A stretch of DNA of 63,729 nt, filler included, from Aduncisulcus paluster (lineage: Eukaryota), in assembly GCA_024181965.1 (NCBI GenBank). It is 5 parts of 5 records of this genome, joined end to end, with 100 filler letters (N's around TTAATTAATTAA, not from the genome) between each part and the next. Parts side by side here need not be neighbours in the genome. Positions count along the whole stretch, not along the records: positions 30,812 to 59,980 come from BQXS01010934.1; 4 more parts are not named here. The stretch is one strand, 5' to 3'. Both the position numbers and the translations under genes were made by a program. Below, one piece after another: positions 44,981 through 55,500 of this stretch; positions within the stretch are counted from its first letter, which is position 1, and every line of letters starts with the position of its first letter. The notes beneath the pieces were generated by a model. That model worked only from the letters and a program-made list of their open reading frames with translations. It had not been told where the DNA came from and did not search any database.

Positions 44981-47900
44981 TTATTTACTAATTCTTGATC
45001 GTTCCAGCTTTGCAATTTTTTCTTGCATTTTGACCATCTCTCCAAAGAGCATCAAGAAGTCCTCAGAACTGACTTTTGTTCCAATGGCATTCTTATTCGA
45101 TGGAGACTTCGGTAGAGCGTCGCTTACATCCTCTATTTCAACTTCTTCAATATCATCAACACTGGATTCCATCCCAGGAGCAGAAAGAGGAGGAGAAGTG
45201 CTCTTCAAACTATCTTGCTTCCTCCTCTTTCCAGCTCTCTTCTTCTTCATCTGCTCCTTCATACTGAGATACTCTTTCTCTTCCTCGACACTCACACTGG
45301 CTCCAACTTCTTCCATTGCTCGGGTGAAATGGATCATCATGACACATAGAGGAGGGACAGACTTGGCTGCTGATTGCTGGGAAAAGGTGGAAGAAAGAGG
45401 TGTTCCTGCAGTGCTCCTTCTGATTGAGGGAGAATCAGAGGCATCACCGAAGGAAGGAGGAAGAGAAGAGTGGAGTGATCTTTCTCGTTCTTCCTCTTCT
45501 TCCCCGCCGGTATACCCGGTATACCCGGTATAGCCGGACTCTTCAGACAGAACATTCTCATTGTACTTGTCAAGTTGTTTCAACGAAGAGAAGAAGGTAG
45601 ATCCAGCCTTTGTTTTCCCGTCTGCAGAGAGAAGAGCAATACGGGCAGCTCTTCTTTCTTCGGCAGCACAAAGAGCAGCCTCTCTGACAAGACCACTCAG
45701 ATCAGCACCACTAAAACCATCGGTCATATGTCCAAGGGTGTCAAGAGAGACGGAGGAATCAAGAGGAACAGCCCTTGTGAGACGCTTAAGGATATCAACA
45801 CGACCAGAAAGAGATGGAAGTGGGACATATATGAGTTTATCGAATCGTGATGGACGTAAGATGGCTGGATCAATATCTGTTGGTCTGTTTGTGGCTCCAA
45901 TCACACTGATTGAGTACTTCCTGGAGTCGATCCCATCCAACTCTGTGAGGAACTGGTTGGTTATCCTCTTTGCTGCGTCATGTTCTCCACCTCTCCTGGG
46001 ACATAGTGAATCTATCTCATCGAAGAAAATAATGCAGGGAGAAGATGCCCTTGCTCTTTCAAATACACCACGAACGGCCTTCTCACTCTCTCCAACGTAT
46101 TTGTTCATAAGCTCTGGTCCCTTAACGGAAATAAAATTTGCTCCACTGCAATTGGCAAGAGCTTTCGCAAGTAGAGTCTTTCCACACCCGGGAGGACCAT
46201 ATAAGAGCACACCACTCTGAGTACTGAGACCAAAGGCCTTGTATTCGTCTGGGTTGACCATGGGAGCCATCACAGTTCGCTCAAGCTTCTTACGTACAGA
46301 CTCGAGGGCTCCCACATCTTCCCAGGTGACGTCAGGCACGGTTGCAAACCCTTCACGCTTGGCAGATGGTTGGATGAGTGTCAGAGCATGCTGGAAATCA
46401 GCAAGAGTAACACTTTTGATACGCATATTGAAAGGAGGCTCTGGGTTGAGAGAATTATCATAATATCTCCTTTTCTTGGGTCTTTTATGGCTTTGAGGGG
46501 ATGAATCGGGACTGTCTCCTGGAATATGATGAGACATCGAGAGGCCAAGAGGGACAAATGAACGTTGATGGGGTTTTGAAGAGGAAGAAGAAGAGGAAGA
46601 GGTATTTCCAAAAGATGGGAGATATTGATCATCGTCTCCCTCATCTTCCTCATCTTTCGTGGAATCATCCCCATGGCCGGTAGAACCGGTAGAAGTACCG
46701 GTTGACCATCCCATCATTCTTTTGAATGTCAAAGTAGCTGCCTGACGAACAAGATCGAACAGATCACTTCCCACGTAACCAGGAGTCGCCTTGGCGATTG
46801 CCTTGAAGTTCACATCAGGACCGACACGAATACCCTTGGATACACACTTTAATATAGTTTCTCTCGCCCTTTCGTCTGGAATACCAATGTCTATTTCCCT
46901 GTCGAATCTCCCAGCTCGCCGTAATGCACCCTCCAGTGTGTTAGGTCTGCTTGTAGTGGCAATGATGACAACACGTGGAGTAATCACGGACGAAGAGGAA
47001 GATGTCACTGATATGGGAGATATAGTTGAGGAGGATGAGGCAGGGATGCCTGGAGTATTGCCACTGACAGGGGGGACAGTCGCAGATGATGAGGGTTGGG
47101 TGGATGTAGGACCGGAATTATAGTCAGAGGGGACAGGAATGCTTAGGGAATCGAAACAAGAAGAGAGTTGGGATACGATACGGGTCTCCATGGCTCTCTG
47201 GGCAGCCTCACGTTTCGGGAACAAGGAATCAGCATCATCGAGGACAACTAGGGATGGGGATGCCATCTTAGCGTCATTAAAAAGCTGTCTCATCTTCTCT
47301 TCCGTCTTACCGACAGCTGAACTAACGAGCTCAGTACAAGCTAGCTTGAAAAATGATAAAGGTTTAGAGCCAGGGATTCGCATGATAAGGGAGTTGACAT
47401 ATCCTGCAATAACGTCTGCCAACATACTCTTTCCACAACCGGGTGGTCCATATAAAAGAACTCCTCGGGTCGGTTTAATGCCAATAGCCGATAACAAATC
47501 TAGATATAACAACGGGGCAACAACATGTTCACGAATGGCCGGAAGATATGATTCAATGCCTCCAAATGACGACATTGATAACGATGGAATTGGGGTAAGA
47601 AACTCTGATTCAATGGCTCCAGAACCAGAAGAGATCAAAGGAGATTGGAGCTTGGAAATAGCTTTTTGGAGAATGGGGGAAGATCTATTGCTGGATTTTG
47701 CTGATTGAATATCATCCATTCCCGAAACTGAGGGAGTTGTGGAGCCATCTTGTAACTCACCTCGACAATTTTCACCAACTCTATCCGTTCTAAATCCAGA
47801 CAATGGGGTCATTTTTTGCTTTTTCTTCTTCCTCTTTCTTCTTTCTTCAAGTAAATCTGAAATTTGTCTCTTTATAGTTGCTTGTTTAATTCGTTCAAAG

Positions 47901-48013
47901 CATTTTACAGTGGTTTGGAGATCTTTGGCAATAATCGTTGGGTCTGGCTTACTTCGGGGGTTTTTTATGATCCATTGATTGAGTTCATGTCGCAATTGCG
48001 GGATGGTCATCAT
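44981..48013 (-). CDS. NVL: Nuclear VCP-like AAA+ ATPase (NVL/Rix7), ribosome biogenesis
   Basis: Two AAA modules (GPPGCGKS, GPPGCGKT), AQRAMETRIVSQL, QPSAKREGFATVPDVTWEDVGAL and NFISVKGPELMNKYVGESEKAVR; lacks the p97 N-domain. Confidence 0.92.
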   Translation of the reverse strand: MMTIPQLRHELNQWIIKNPRSKPDPTIIAKDLQTTVKCFERIKQATIKRQISDLLEERRKRKKKKQKMTPLSGFRTDRVGENCRGELQDGSTTPSVSGMDDIQSAKSSNRSSPILQKAISKLQSPLISSGSGAIESEFLTPIPSLSMSSFGGIESYLPAIREHVVAPLLYLDLLSAIGIKPTRGVLLYGPPGCGKSMLADVIAGYVNSLIMRIPGSKPLSFFKLACTELVSSAVGKTEEKMRQLFNDAKMASPSLVVLDDADSLFPKREAAQRAMETRIVSQLSSCFDSLSIPVPSDYNSGPTSTQPSSSATVPPVSGNTPGIPASSSSTISPISVTSSSSSVITPRVVIIATTSRPNTLEGALRRAGRFDREIDIGIPDERARETILKCVSKGIRVGPDVNFKAIAKATPGYVGSDLFDLVRQAATLTFKRMMGWSTGTSTGSTGHGDDSTKDEEDEGDDDQYLPSFGNTSSSSSSSSKPHQRSFVPLGLSMSHHIPGDSPDSSPQSHKRPKKRRYYDNSLNPEPPFNMRIKSVTLADFQHALTLIQPSAKREGFATVPDVTWEDVGALESVRKKLERTVMAPMVNPDEYKAFGLSTQSGVLLYGPPGCGKTLLAKALANCSGANFISVKGPELMNKYVGESEKAVRGVFERARASSPCIIFFDEIDSLCPRRGGEHDAAKRITNQFLTELDGIDSRKYSISVIGATNRPTDIDPAILRPSRFDKLIYVPLPSLSGRVDILKRLTRAVPLDSSVSLDTLGHMTDGFSGADLSGLVREAALCAAEERRAARIALLSADGKTKAGSTFFSSLKQLDKYNENVLSEESGYTGYTGYTGGEEEEERERSLHSSLPPSFGDASDSPSIRRSTAGTPLSSTFSQQSAAKSVPPLCVMMIHFTRAMEEVGASVSVEEEKEYLSMKEQMKKKRAGKRRKQDSLKSTSPPLSAPGMESSVDDIEEVEIEDVSDALPKSPSNKNAIGTKVSSEDFLMLFGEMVKMQEKIAKLERSRISK

Positions 48014-48334
48014 ATTCCCACACCAAAACAGACAGAATAAGATGATTGAACTTCATTTTCGAAACAATAGCATTATTAAGGAATAAATACAGTGGAAAGG
48101 TAATAATAACGATGAAATATTTCAATTCATAACATTAAAATAGGATATCTTATTTACTATCAGCTACAAAAAACATGATCTCGTTGGGAAGCTTATTCAA
48201 AAGACAATAAAACAACATTTGATCTAAAACTAATATATTTCATTATTTAAAATGATATTCAATTCTAAACTATGGATTGATACAATTATTTTTTAATTCT
48301 TCGATGCGATCATCTTTTGGAACGCAATTTGGGA

Positions 48335-50833
48335 ATGTACCCGGTAGGCGTGCATGAAACAGAAAAGGACATTGATATAGGAACTCATTCTATGCTTGCT
48401 GGGCAAGAAATGTCCCTTTCTCCCAATATGATCACAAATCCCATTAGACGGATTCCTGGACAAATTTATCCAAAATCTCAAAGCAAAAGCATTAAACGAA
48501 AAGATAAAGGATCAAGAGGAACATTTTGTGGAGATGTATCTGAAGATGGCTATCGTTGGAGAAAATATGGTATGAAAAAGTCGAAACATAATCATGTAAC
48601 GAGTTATTTTCATTGTGCAGTCAAAGGTTGTCCAGCGAAAAAGATTATTCATGAGAATAATGCTGGAACACGACTAGAACATAGAGGTCAGCATAGTCAC
48701 CCTAAACCTATCATTCATAGAAGATATACAACAGATCCTGCTTCTTTTAAACAAGAAGTTGGTAAACTTTCATTGTTTCGATCAGGTGATGGGACTCTAA
48801 GCACTCTAAGTGGTGAGCCTGTCGATCCTGAGGACATTGCCGCTCATGATGAGTTGTTGGCCAAAAGAAGGGTTGTAATTCATGCTCCCATGCAATTAGA
48901 CGATGGAATTATCTGGAGGAAATATGGTCAGAAAACTACAAGTGGAGTTACAAGACTATACTTTAGATGTGCAGTTGCAAAGTGTCCAGCAAAGAAGTTA
49001 GTTCGTAGACAAGATGATATGGAAGAGATAGTGTATGAAAACATCCATAATCACTTAGTTAGCGAGAGTTTTCCAAAGAAACGTGCCTGTGTCAATTTTT
49101 CTGAGAGATCTCGGTCAGCAGCCTCTTCTGAGCATACTATTCCATCCCAATATCAACCTGTTGGAGATAGCCGTGGTTTGGGATATTCAGTTGTGAACCC
49201 ATATGAACAAATTGAAATGCAACCTTCTCAAAGGATGTACTCTGCCCAACGTATTCAAGGTCTGGCTCCAGTTATGCCTTACTCAATGCCATCAAACACT
49301 ATGATGGGTGGACCAATGTCGTACATGCCCCAGTATTCATCCATGGCCGATCCATCTCTCTATATGGGTTATCCTCCTGTGCAGCACCCTTCAATGGCCA
49401 CCCTTGGGGGATATCTCCCACAACAGGCAATATACGGTCCTTACGGTGCCATCCAAACCCAATATGGACAATTGGTGGGCTCTGATGTGTTCCAACAGGC
49501 AGCTACTGGTGCTTCTGGTAGTGTCCCCCTGTCTGATCTGGATCCTCTTGGCCGAGGTCGAGTGAGCATGGATGGAAGAATGATTGATCCCGCAATGAGT
49601 GCTGTCGGAGTGCCCACCTTGGATGCAACAGCGTCTGATCAAGCAGGAGGTTTGACCTCATCATCAATGCACCAACAACCATCAATGATCGATTTCTTTG
49701 ATCCCCAGGGTATCCTCAGTGCTGGACAAGGTGGATACTGTCTCGTTCCTGTTGCAAGCAGTGTGGATCCTTTCTTATTCATGAATAGTGACGGTGTTGT
49801 CAAGGTCAAAGAGGAGCATGTACAGGGGGGTTCAACAACCTGTACTTCTGTCAGTGGAACAACTGGGATTCAGGCCGATGGATCTATATCTGTGAGACAA
49901 GCGATGGAAGAAGCGGAAATGATAAAAGAGGAGGAAGTGATTGAGGCTGAAGGTAAAGGCGAGGAGACTGATGAAGGGCTAATCAAAGGTGCCCATGAGA
50001 GTGGAGAGGCCGAGTATCCTCATATGGTCTCTTCCTCTCATCATAACAGCGGAATGCCCGTGGCTATGGCTATGGGTGGTTCTGACTCTCAGAGTGGAAT
50101 AGCTCCTCCACCCTCACAGAGTAGAGATATCGCAACCGAAAGGAGTGGATCTGTGTCTGTTCGTGATGCACAGATTCTCAAACAACATCATGGATCCGTC
50201 GTCTCTTCTCACCAACCACAGTTTCCAGTGATGTTCACAACTAGTTCAGGCGGTTTTCATCAGCCCATATTCTATCCCAACCAGCTCTACACTCATCCTT
50301 CAATGATGTCTTCACTTGCAATGGCTCAACCAAAGCCTGGACATCCATTGACTTGTTCTGATAGCCCTGGAGTGAGGAGTATGCCGGCACAACCGGCAAT
50401 TGCGGCAGGGATTCACCAGACAGTACCGACACAATTACCCACCGGTTCGTCTCTGGCCGGTGTCAGTGGCGGTTTGAATGCTCCAACTTCTTCTTCCCAT
50501 GTAAGTTCAACACTCCCTTCACATCTTTCTGGTACATTCCCTTCCTCGGCTCCTGTTGACTTGGCCCCAGTTGGTGTTGTGACAAGTCTTCAGCCCGACC
50601 CTTTCCTTCTCATGAATCGGGATGGAGTTCTTTCCATGGACTCTGCCACTCTCTCGGGAAGTGTGCTTCCAGGCGGTCAAGAACTCAAGGTAATGCAGGA
50701 TGATGGTGCTAAATCGAAGAGTATTCTTCCTTCTTCCGGCAATCTTGATAATGATGATATGCCCATGTTGGCGAGCAAAGCTCTAAGTTTCTCTTCAACG
50801 ATGCACACACAAGCTGAAGATGCAGATCGGTAG
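48335..50833 (+). CDS. WRKY transcription factor with two WRKY domains (group-I-like) and a long disordered C-terminus
   Basis: DGYRWRKYGMKK...C-X4-C-X20-H-X-H (~48545-48700) and DGIIWRKYGQK...C-X4-C-X20-H-X-H (~48902-49054); first in-frame ATG at 48335. Confidence 0.93.
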   Translation: MYPVGVHETEKDIDIGTHSMLAGQEMSLSPNMITNPIRRIPGQIYPKSQSKSIKRKDKGSRGTFCGDVSEDGYRWRKYGMKKSKHNHVTSYFHCAVKGCPAKKIIHENNAGTRLEHRGQHSHPKPIIHRRYTTDPASFKQEVGKLSLFRSGDGTLSTLSGEPVDPEDIAAHDELLAKRRVVIHAPMQLDDGIIWRKYGQKTTSGVTRLYFRCAVAKCPAKKLVRRQDDMEEIVYENIHNHLVSESFPKKRACVNFSERSRSAASSEHTIPSQYQPVGDSRGLGYSVVNPYEQIEMQPSQRMYSAQRIQGLAPVMPYSMPSNTMMGGPMSYMPQYSSMADPSLYMGYPPVQHPSMATLGGYLPQQAIYGPYGAIQTQYGQLVGSDVFQQAATGASGSVPLSDLDPLGRGRVSMDGRMIDPAMSAVGVPTLDATASDQAGGLTSSSMHQQPSMIDFFDPQGILSAGQGGYCLVPVASSVDPFLFMNSDGVVKVKEEHVQGGSTTCTSVSGTTGIQADGSISVRQAMEEAEMIKEEEVIEAEGKGEETDEGLIKGAHESGEAEYPHMVSSSHHNSGMPVAMAMGGSDSQSGIAPPPSQSRDIATERSGSVSVRDAQILKQHHGSVVSSHQPQFPVMFTTSSGGFHQPIFYPNQLYTHPSMMSSLAMAQPKPGHPLTCSDSPGVRSMPAQPAIAAGIHQTVPTQLPTGSSLAGVSGGLNAPTSSSHVSSTLPSHLSGTFPSSAPVDLAPVGVVTSLQPDPFLLMNRDGVLSMDSATLSGSVLPGGQELKVMQDDGAKSKSILPSSGNLDNDDMPMLASKALSFSSTMHTQAEDADR

Positions 50834-51272
50834 TATTTTGCAAGTCAAAACGATGATAATTAGGACAGAATTAAAGCAAAATTATCATAGAATTAATTCA
50901 TCGTATTATCATTTGTATATTATCGATTTGTATTTGTGTAGGTCTTTCTTGTCTCAGATAAAATGGCAACGCTTAAGTTATTAATACTAATATTTTATAT
51001 ATATATTTATATGTAAAAACATTATATTTATTTACAATATTTACTATTATTTCATGGAAATATAAACAGAACTTCAATATCATATTGAATATGATTCATT
51101 TTTTTACACTTTTTTTTTTACAGTTCAACAAAACCAATTTTATTACAATTCAACAATATATTTTTATATCTTTATTGATTTTCTTATCTAAAATTTTATT
51201 TATGCAGTTTATTTGGCAATATTTAGTTTATATTTTGTCAACAATAATGTTTTATTTATTGATAGACTTTAG

Positions 51273-51314
51273 CTCTCTCTCTCTCTTCTTTTTTTTTTTT
51301 TTTTTTTTTTTTTT
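51273..51314. repeat. (CT)n followed by a long poly-T tract
   Basis: Directly visible low-complexity run. Confidence 0.85.
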
Positions 51315-52590
51315 GATGTCAACTGCTTTGGAGCGGACAGTGAATAACTTATTGAAATTGAATTTCACTCCATCCCCTCATGAACACGTTTCGCTCCTAA
51401 TCAATCAATGGATTGATTATATTTCTCCATGGAAATGCTGATTTGTGAATTTTTTTCCTGTGTCTCACTGATTTTGAGGAAATAGCTTCAATTTTATATA
51501 TTGGCCCATAGTAAAGTCCCCTGATCATTATAATATTGGATTTTGCATTTATGTACTATTTATTGAGTTTTTTATGCAACTATATTAATATTCTCGATAT
51601 TTCTCTAGTTCAAATTGGAACAAATTCAATTTGCGATGCGTCGCAAAGCGACAACATGCAAAAAGATTGTTCAAATTGCACCATCGTGAAAACACGCGGT
51701 GAGTAAAAGTAGTAAAATTGGTAAAATAGAATTATAATCCAGAGGAATGTCTTTGTCTTGGATGTGGTCGAGGATGATGAAGATCTTGGGAATAACAAAA
51801 TTCTGGCCTTGGGATACCTAGAAACTCATAATACTCTATGATAGAGATCGCCACAAGTTCAATATATCAGCAAATAATCCATTATCTTGACGATTGGTTC
51901 CATAAATTAAAGGAAACGATTGAATAGTATTCCAGAAATGACCTTGGAGTGCGATCCGTGGACTCATCTCGTGTATCTATTATCCTTGCATAACTATCCC
52001 CAAAATCCAATGATATGTGCTCTTTATGATCATATGAAATGGTTCTATGACCATGGAAGTAAGAGAGAATGGTTTTTAGAGTTCTCTTAGAGTTGCGTAT
52101 CTTCGCCTCCAACCAAAATCACTCCCCAGACACTATTTATTTTTGGAATTGGCGATAAAACTGAAGATTTACTGAGAGATATCTTCTCATGATATGGATC
52201 TATTGTAAATATACACATTCCCGCGTGTATTGATGTGTTTCGTGTAAGAATTTTGGATTCATCAAGTTTGCTATTAAGCAATCAGATAAAAATAAAAAAA
52301 TAATAAATGAATAAGGGTATCATAGGATATTAATTTTAACGTTTTTAGAATATTGAAAAAGTCGCAGTGCGACATAGTCGCAAAAAAAATTCATCCTTCA
52401 AATTGGTGTATTTATTGGGGTCATCTGTTAGAAAATATCAAATATTCCTTTTGAAATTACCAAATAAAGCATCATTAGAAGATTTTATATGCGTAAACTG
52501 ATTCTTGTTCCAGCATTTTGTACTAATAAAAAAAATTTCAATAAACTCATGGTTTTTGGTACATTAAAGGTTTGATAGTGGTCATTATTA

Positions 52591-55500
52591 ATGAAAAACA
52601 ACCTTAAAATATTATTTTATTCTCTATTTGCACTATTCTGTTGTGTATTTTCAATTGGGATTCGTCGTGTATTTCCAAATGAAAAACTCTCCTTAACACT
52701 TACTTCAAATTATTTAATGATGAATCAATACTCTGAGGTTGATGTAATAGGTATTGATTCATCTTTAGAAGGCCCTCTGTTCTTTTTTATTGATGATTAT
52801 GCTCAATTGAGAATTAAAAGTTACTCTGCAACTGAAAGCGCAATTACAACAGAGATGTATATTCCTTCTAATCAAAAGACCACGCTTAAATTCTTTTCTA
52901 ATGGTTCTGAATATGATGCTTATTTTCTATCACGTGCTAGCTCTTATTTCGAAGTAGAGGATGTATATACCAGCCCAATCACTTTTCCTGCTACTGAAGC
53001 ACGTTTATATGAGACTCAATATCTCTCTATGCCGCTTCCTCTCGGCATTTCCAAGGAGGATGAAGTATTAGTCTTCGCTTTCACTCTTTCATATAACGCC
53101 GACCTAGAATCAATCCAGATGATATTTCAGGGTGAATCTGCAAATGTTATTTCCACAATTAATGTTACTGGCGTCCCTATAGAACCTGTCGGCACTCATT
53201 TGCATTATGAGTGTGATTTAGATTCTGGCTGTCTTTTCGCTATTTATGACGCCTCTGATGAGGAATTATTCAATGTTATTCTTACAAACACTGGAAATTA
53301 TCAAATATCTCTTACTGAAGCTGCTGGAACCTTAGGTTATGTTACCATCGATGAATCTCTCATTGTCATCTCTGATAACGACGATTCTCTTGAAAAAGCA
53401 TGCCCCACGTGCAGCTGTACCATTTCTTACCTTCCTCACGTCCATACAATGGAACGTGTGTCCAGTGATACTTTCACTTATGTTCCTGAGGAAAGAATCG
53501 TCGAGACCGATATCTCTGCCTCTTCAATATTGGTCTCTTCGCAGACAAAATGTAACAATAACTCTCCAACAGTTAGTAATGCCAGGACATATTCTCTTGG
53601 GCAGTCATTTGATTCCAGAGTGTCCCTGCCAGTCTCTGTGACCATCCCAGCCATATCTGTCGATTTCAGTGAGACCACAGTGATAGCATCTGCCGCCCAC
53701 ACAGTCATTGGATCCACTGATGGCCGTCGGACCTATGATTTTGTTTTTACCAATTCCTCAGGTGTGGAGGTTGGTAGGATCAGTATACTGGGTTGTGTTG
53801 TGCCCGAATATGATGAAAACACGACAGTTTCGCACTTGTCCTATCTGAGCATTTGGAATTCTGAATTCACTAGCCTTGGGCTTGGAACTGACACTCTCTC
53901 TTTTGTCATTCTTGAAGAAGTTGATGTTTTCGATGATGACACTAATATTACGACCACAACCTATTCTGACCCTGTTGCAGGTGTTATTCTTAAATACTCT
54001 AGCATCACAGAGTCCTATTCCTATGAGACATTCGTACGGTCCTGCTCTGGTGATCTCCCTAGTGAAGTCAGTGTGTCGTTACAAAAACGTTACTCTTGGA
54101 TGGATGCCTTTGTGTGTCCCACTTATTCAGTTCTTGGGGATGGGACTATGTCTGATTATGGATGCACAGTCCACTTTAGCCTCTCGATGACAATGGGTGC
54201 TATCATTCAATACAGTGACACTATCGCTGAGGTTGCTTCGGGATGGTTGGACACGTTGCCATCAACTGATGTCTTCTCCGTAGGCCATTATGTTGAGGTT
54301 TCTCCCATTGCAAGCGGATGTGTGAAGGACACTGAGGGTTACGGTGGTGACCTGATATATGGCACATCCGTTGATATCACTTGTTCGGTTGACAGTGTGG
54401 ATACGACACTATACACGATTAGTCTTGTCTTGTATTCTGAGGAGGAGGATGCTTCCTTCTCTGTGAATGTGACTGGTAATGATTTAACCAGCGCTTCATG
54501 TGAGAGTATTTTAGATGGGATTGAGTACACGCTTACGGCTGAAGAACGTATTTCACAATGGGTATTTGGGGTGTATCCGTCCCCTCACGACAGAACAAAG
54601 GACTTTGGACTGTTTTTTACTCTCTCTCAGCTCGGGGTCGTTGAGATATTTGTAAATGATGACTCGACCTATAGAAATGGTCACACTGCTGTGGTACCAA
54701 TGACCAATATATCCATTCAATTCAATGATAGCAATTTATATGAATCTGACACTAACAATGCAAATTCTCTATTCCAGCATTCTGGCGGTTCCATGAGATA
54801 CGTATTTAGTTCATATTATAGCGATTCTAACAATAGTGATTCGTGCTACATGGATATTGTGAGTTCCTCAAATGTCGTTGAGAATGAATGTTCTAAAGTC
54901 TCTTGTTATGCTGCTCCCTGGCCATCTGAACACATTCCTGTCGATCTCATCTATTATGAACTGTTAGTGAATGGATCTGGGCTGTGTGCTACCGATGATG
55001 CTGATGTGAGTGGATGTTATGAGTTTTTGAGCCCCATTCCAGTTGCTTCTGTGTCTTCCTCAGAGACCAGTGCAACGCATATGTACTGTGTCGTTGAGAC
55101 AGATGACCTTGGGAACATGACAAGTATTTCCCTTGTCTTTACGAAGGAAGATACGCCCCTCATTCAGGTTGAGATGGCTGCAGGCTTCAGATCTGCGCCA
55201 GATGTTGTTTTTTATTCGCACACTGTGAGGAATGAGAAGGATTTCTTCTTTATGACTGCAAACTACGGTTCTGACGATAAGCCTTCAATTAGTACAAGTA
55301 TCAGCGAGCATGGACTGATTTCTGTTTTTGTCTCGACTGACATTTCTTTCGATTATAAGTGGAGATTGATAACCTTGGGTTCTAATGTCAACGTTAGCCT
55401 TTTTGATTATGAGTCCAAAACCATTCTTGGCCTTGTCCAGACCTCCAAAACCTCATTCCAGACAGATTTTGCTCCCATTACTGCCTGTGAACTGACATCT

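Noticed and set aside
51085-52281. Short ORFs or a pseudogene between WRKY and the EGF gene
   Set aside because: Low-complexity or unrecognisable fragments with no motif and no consistent frame.
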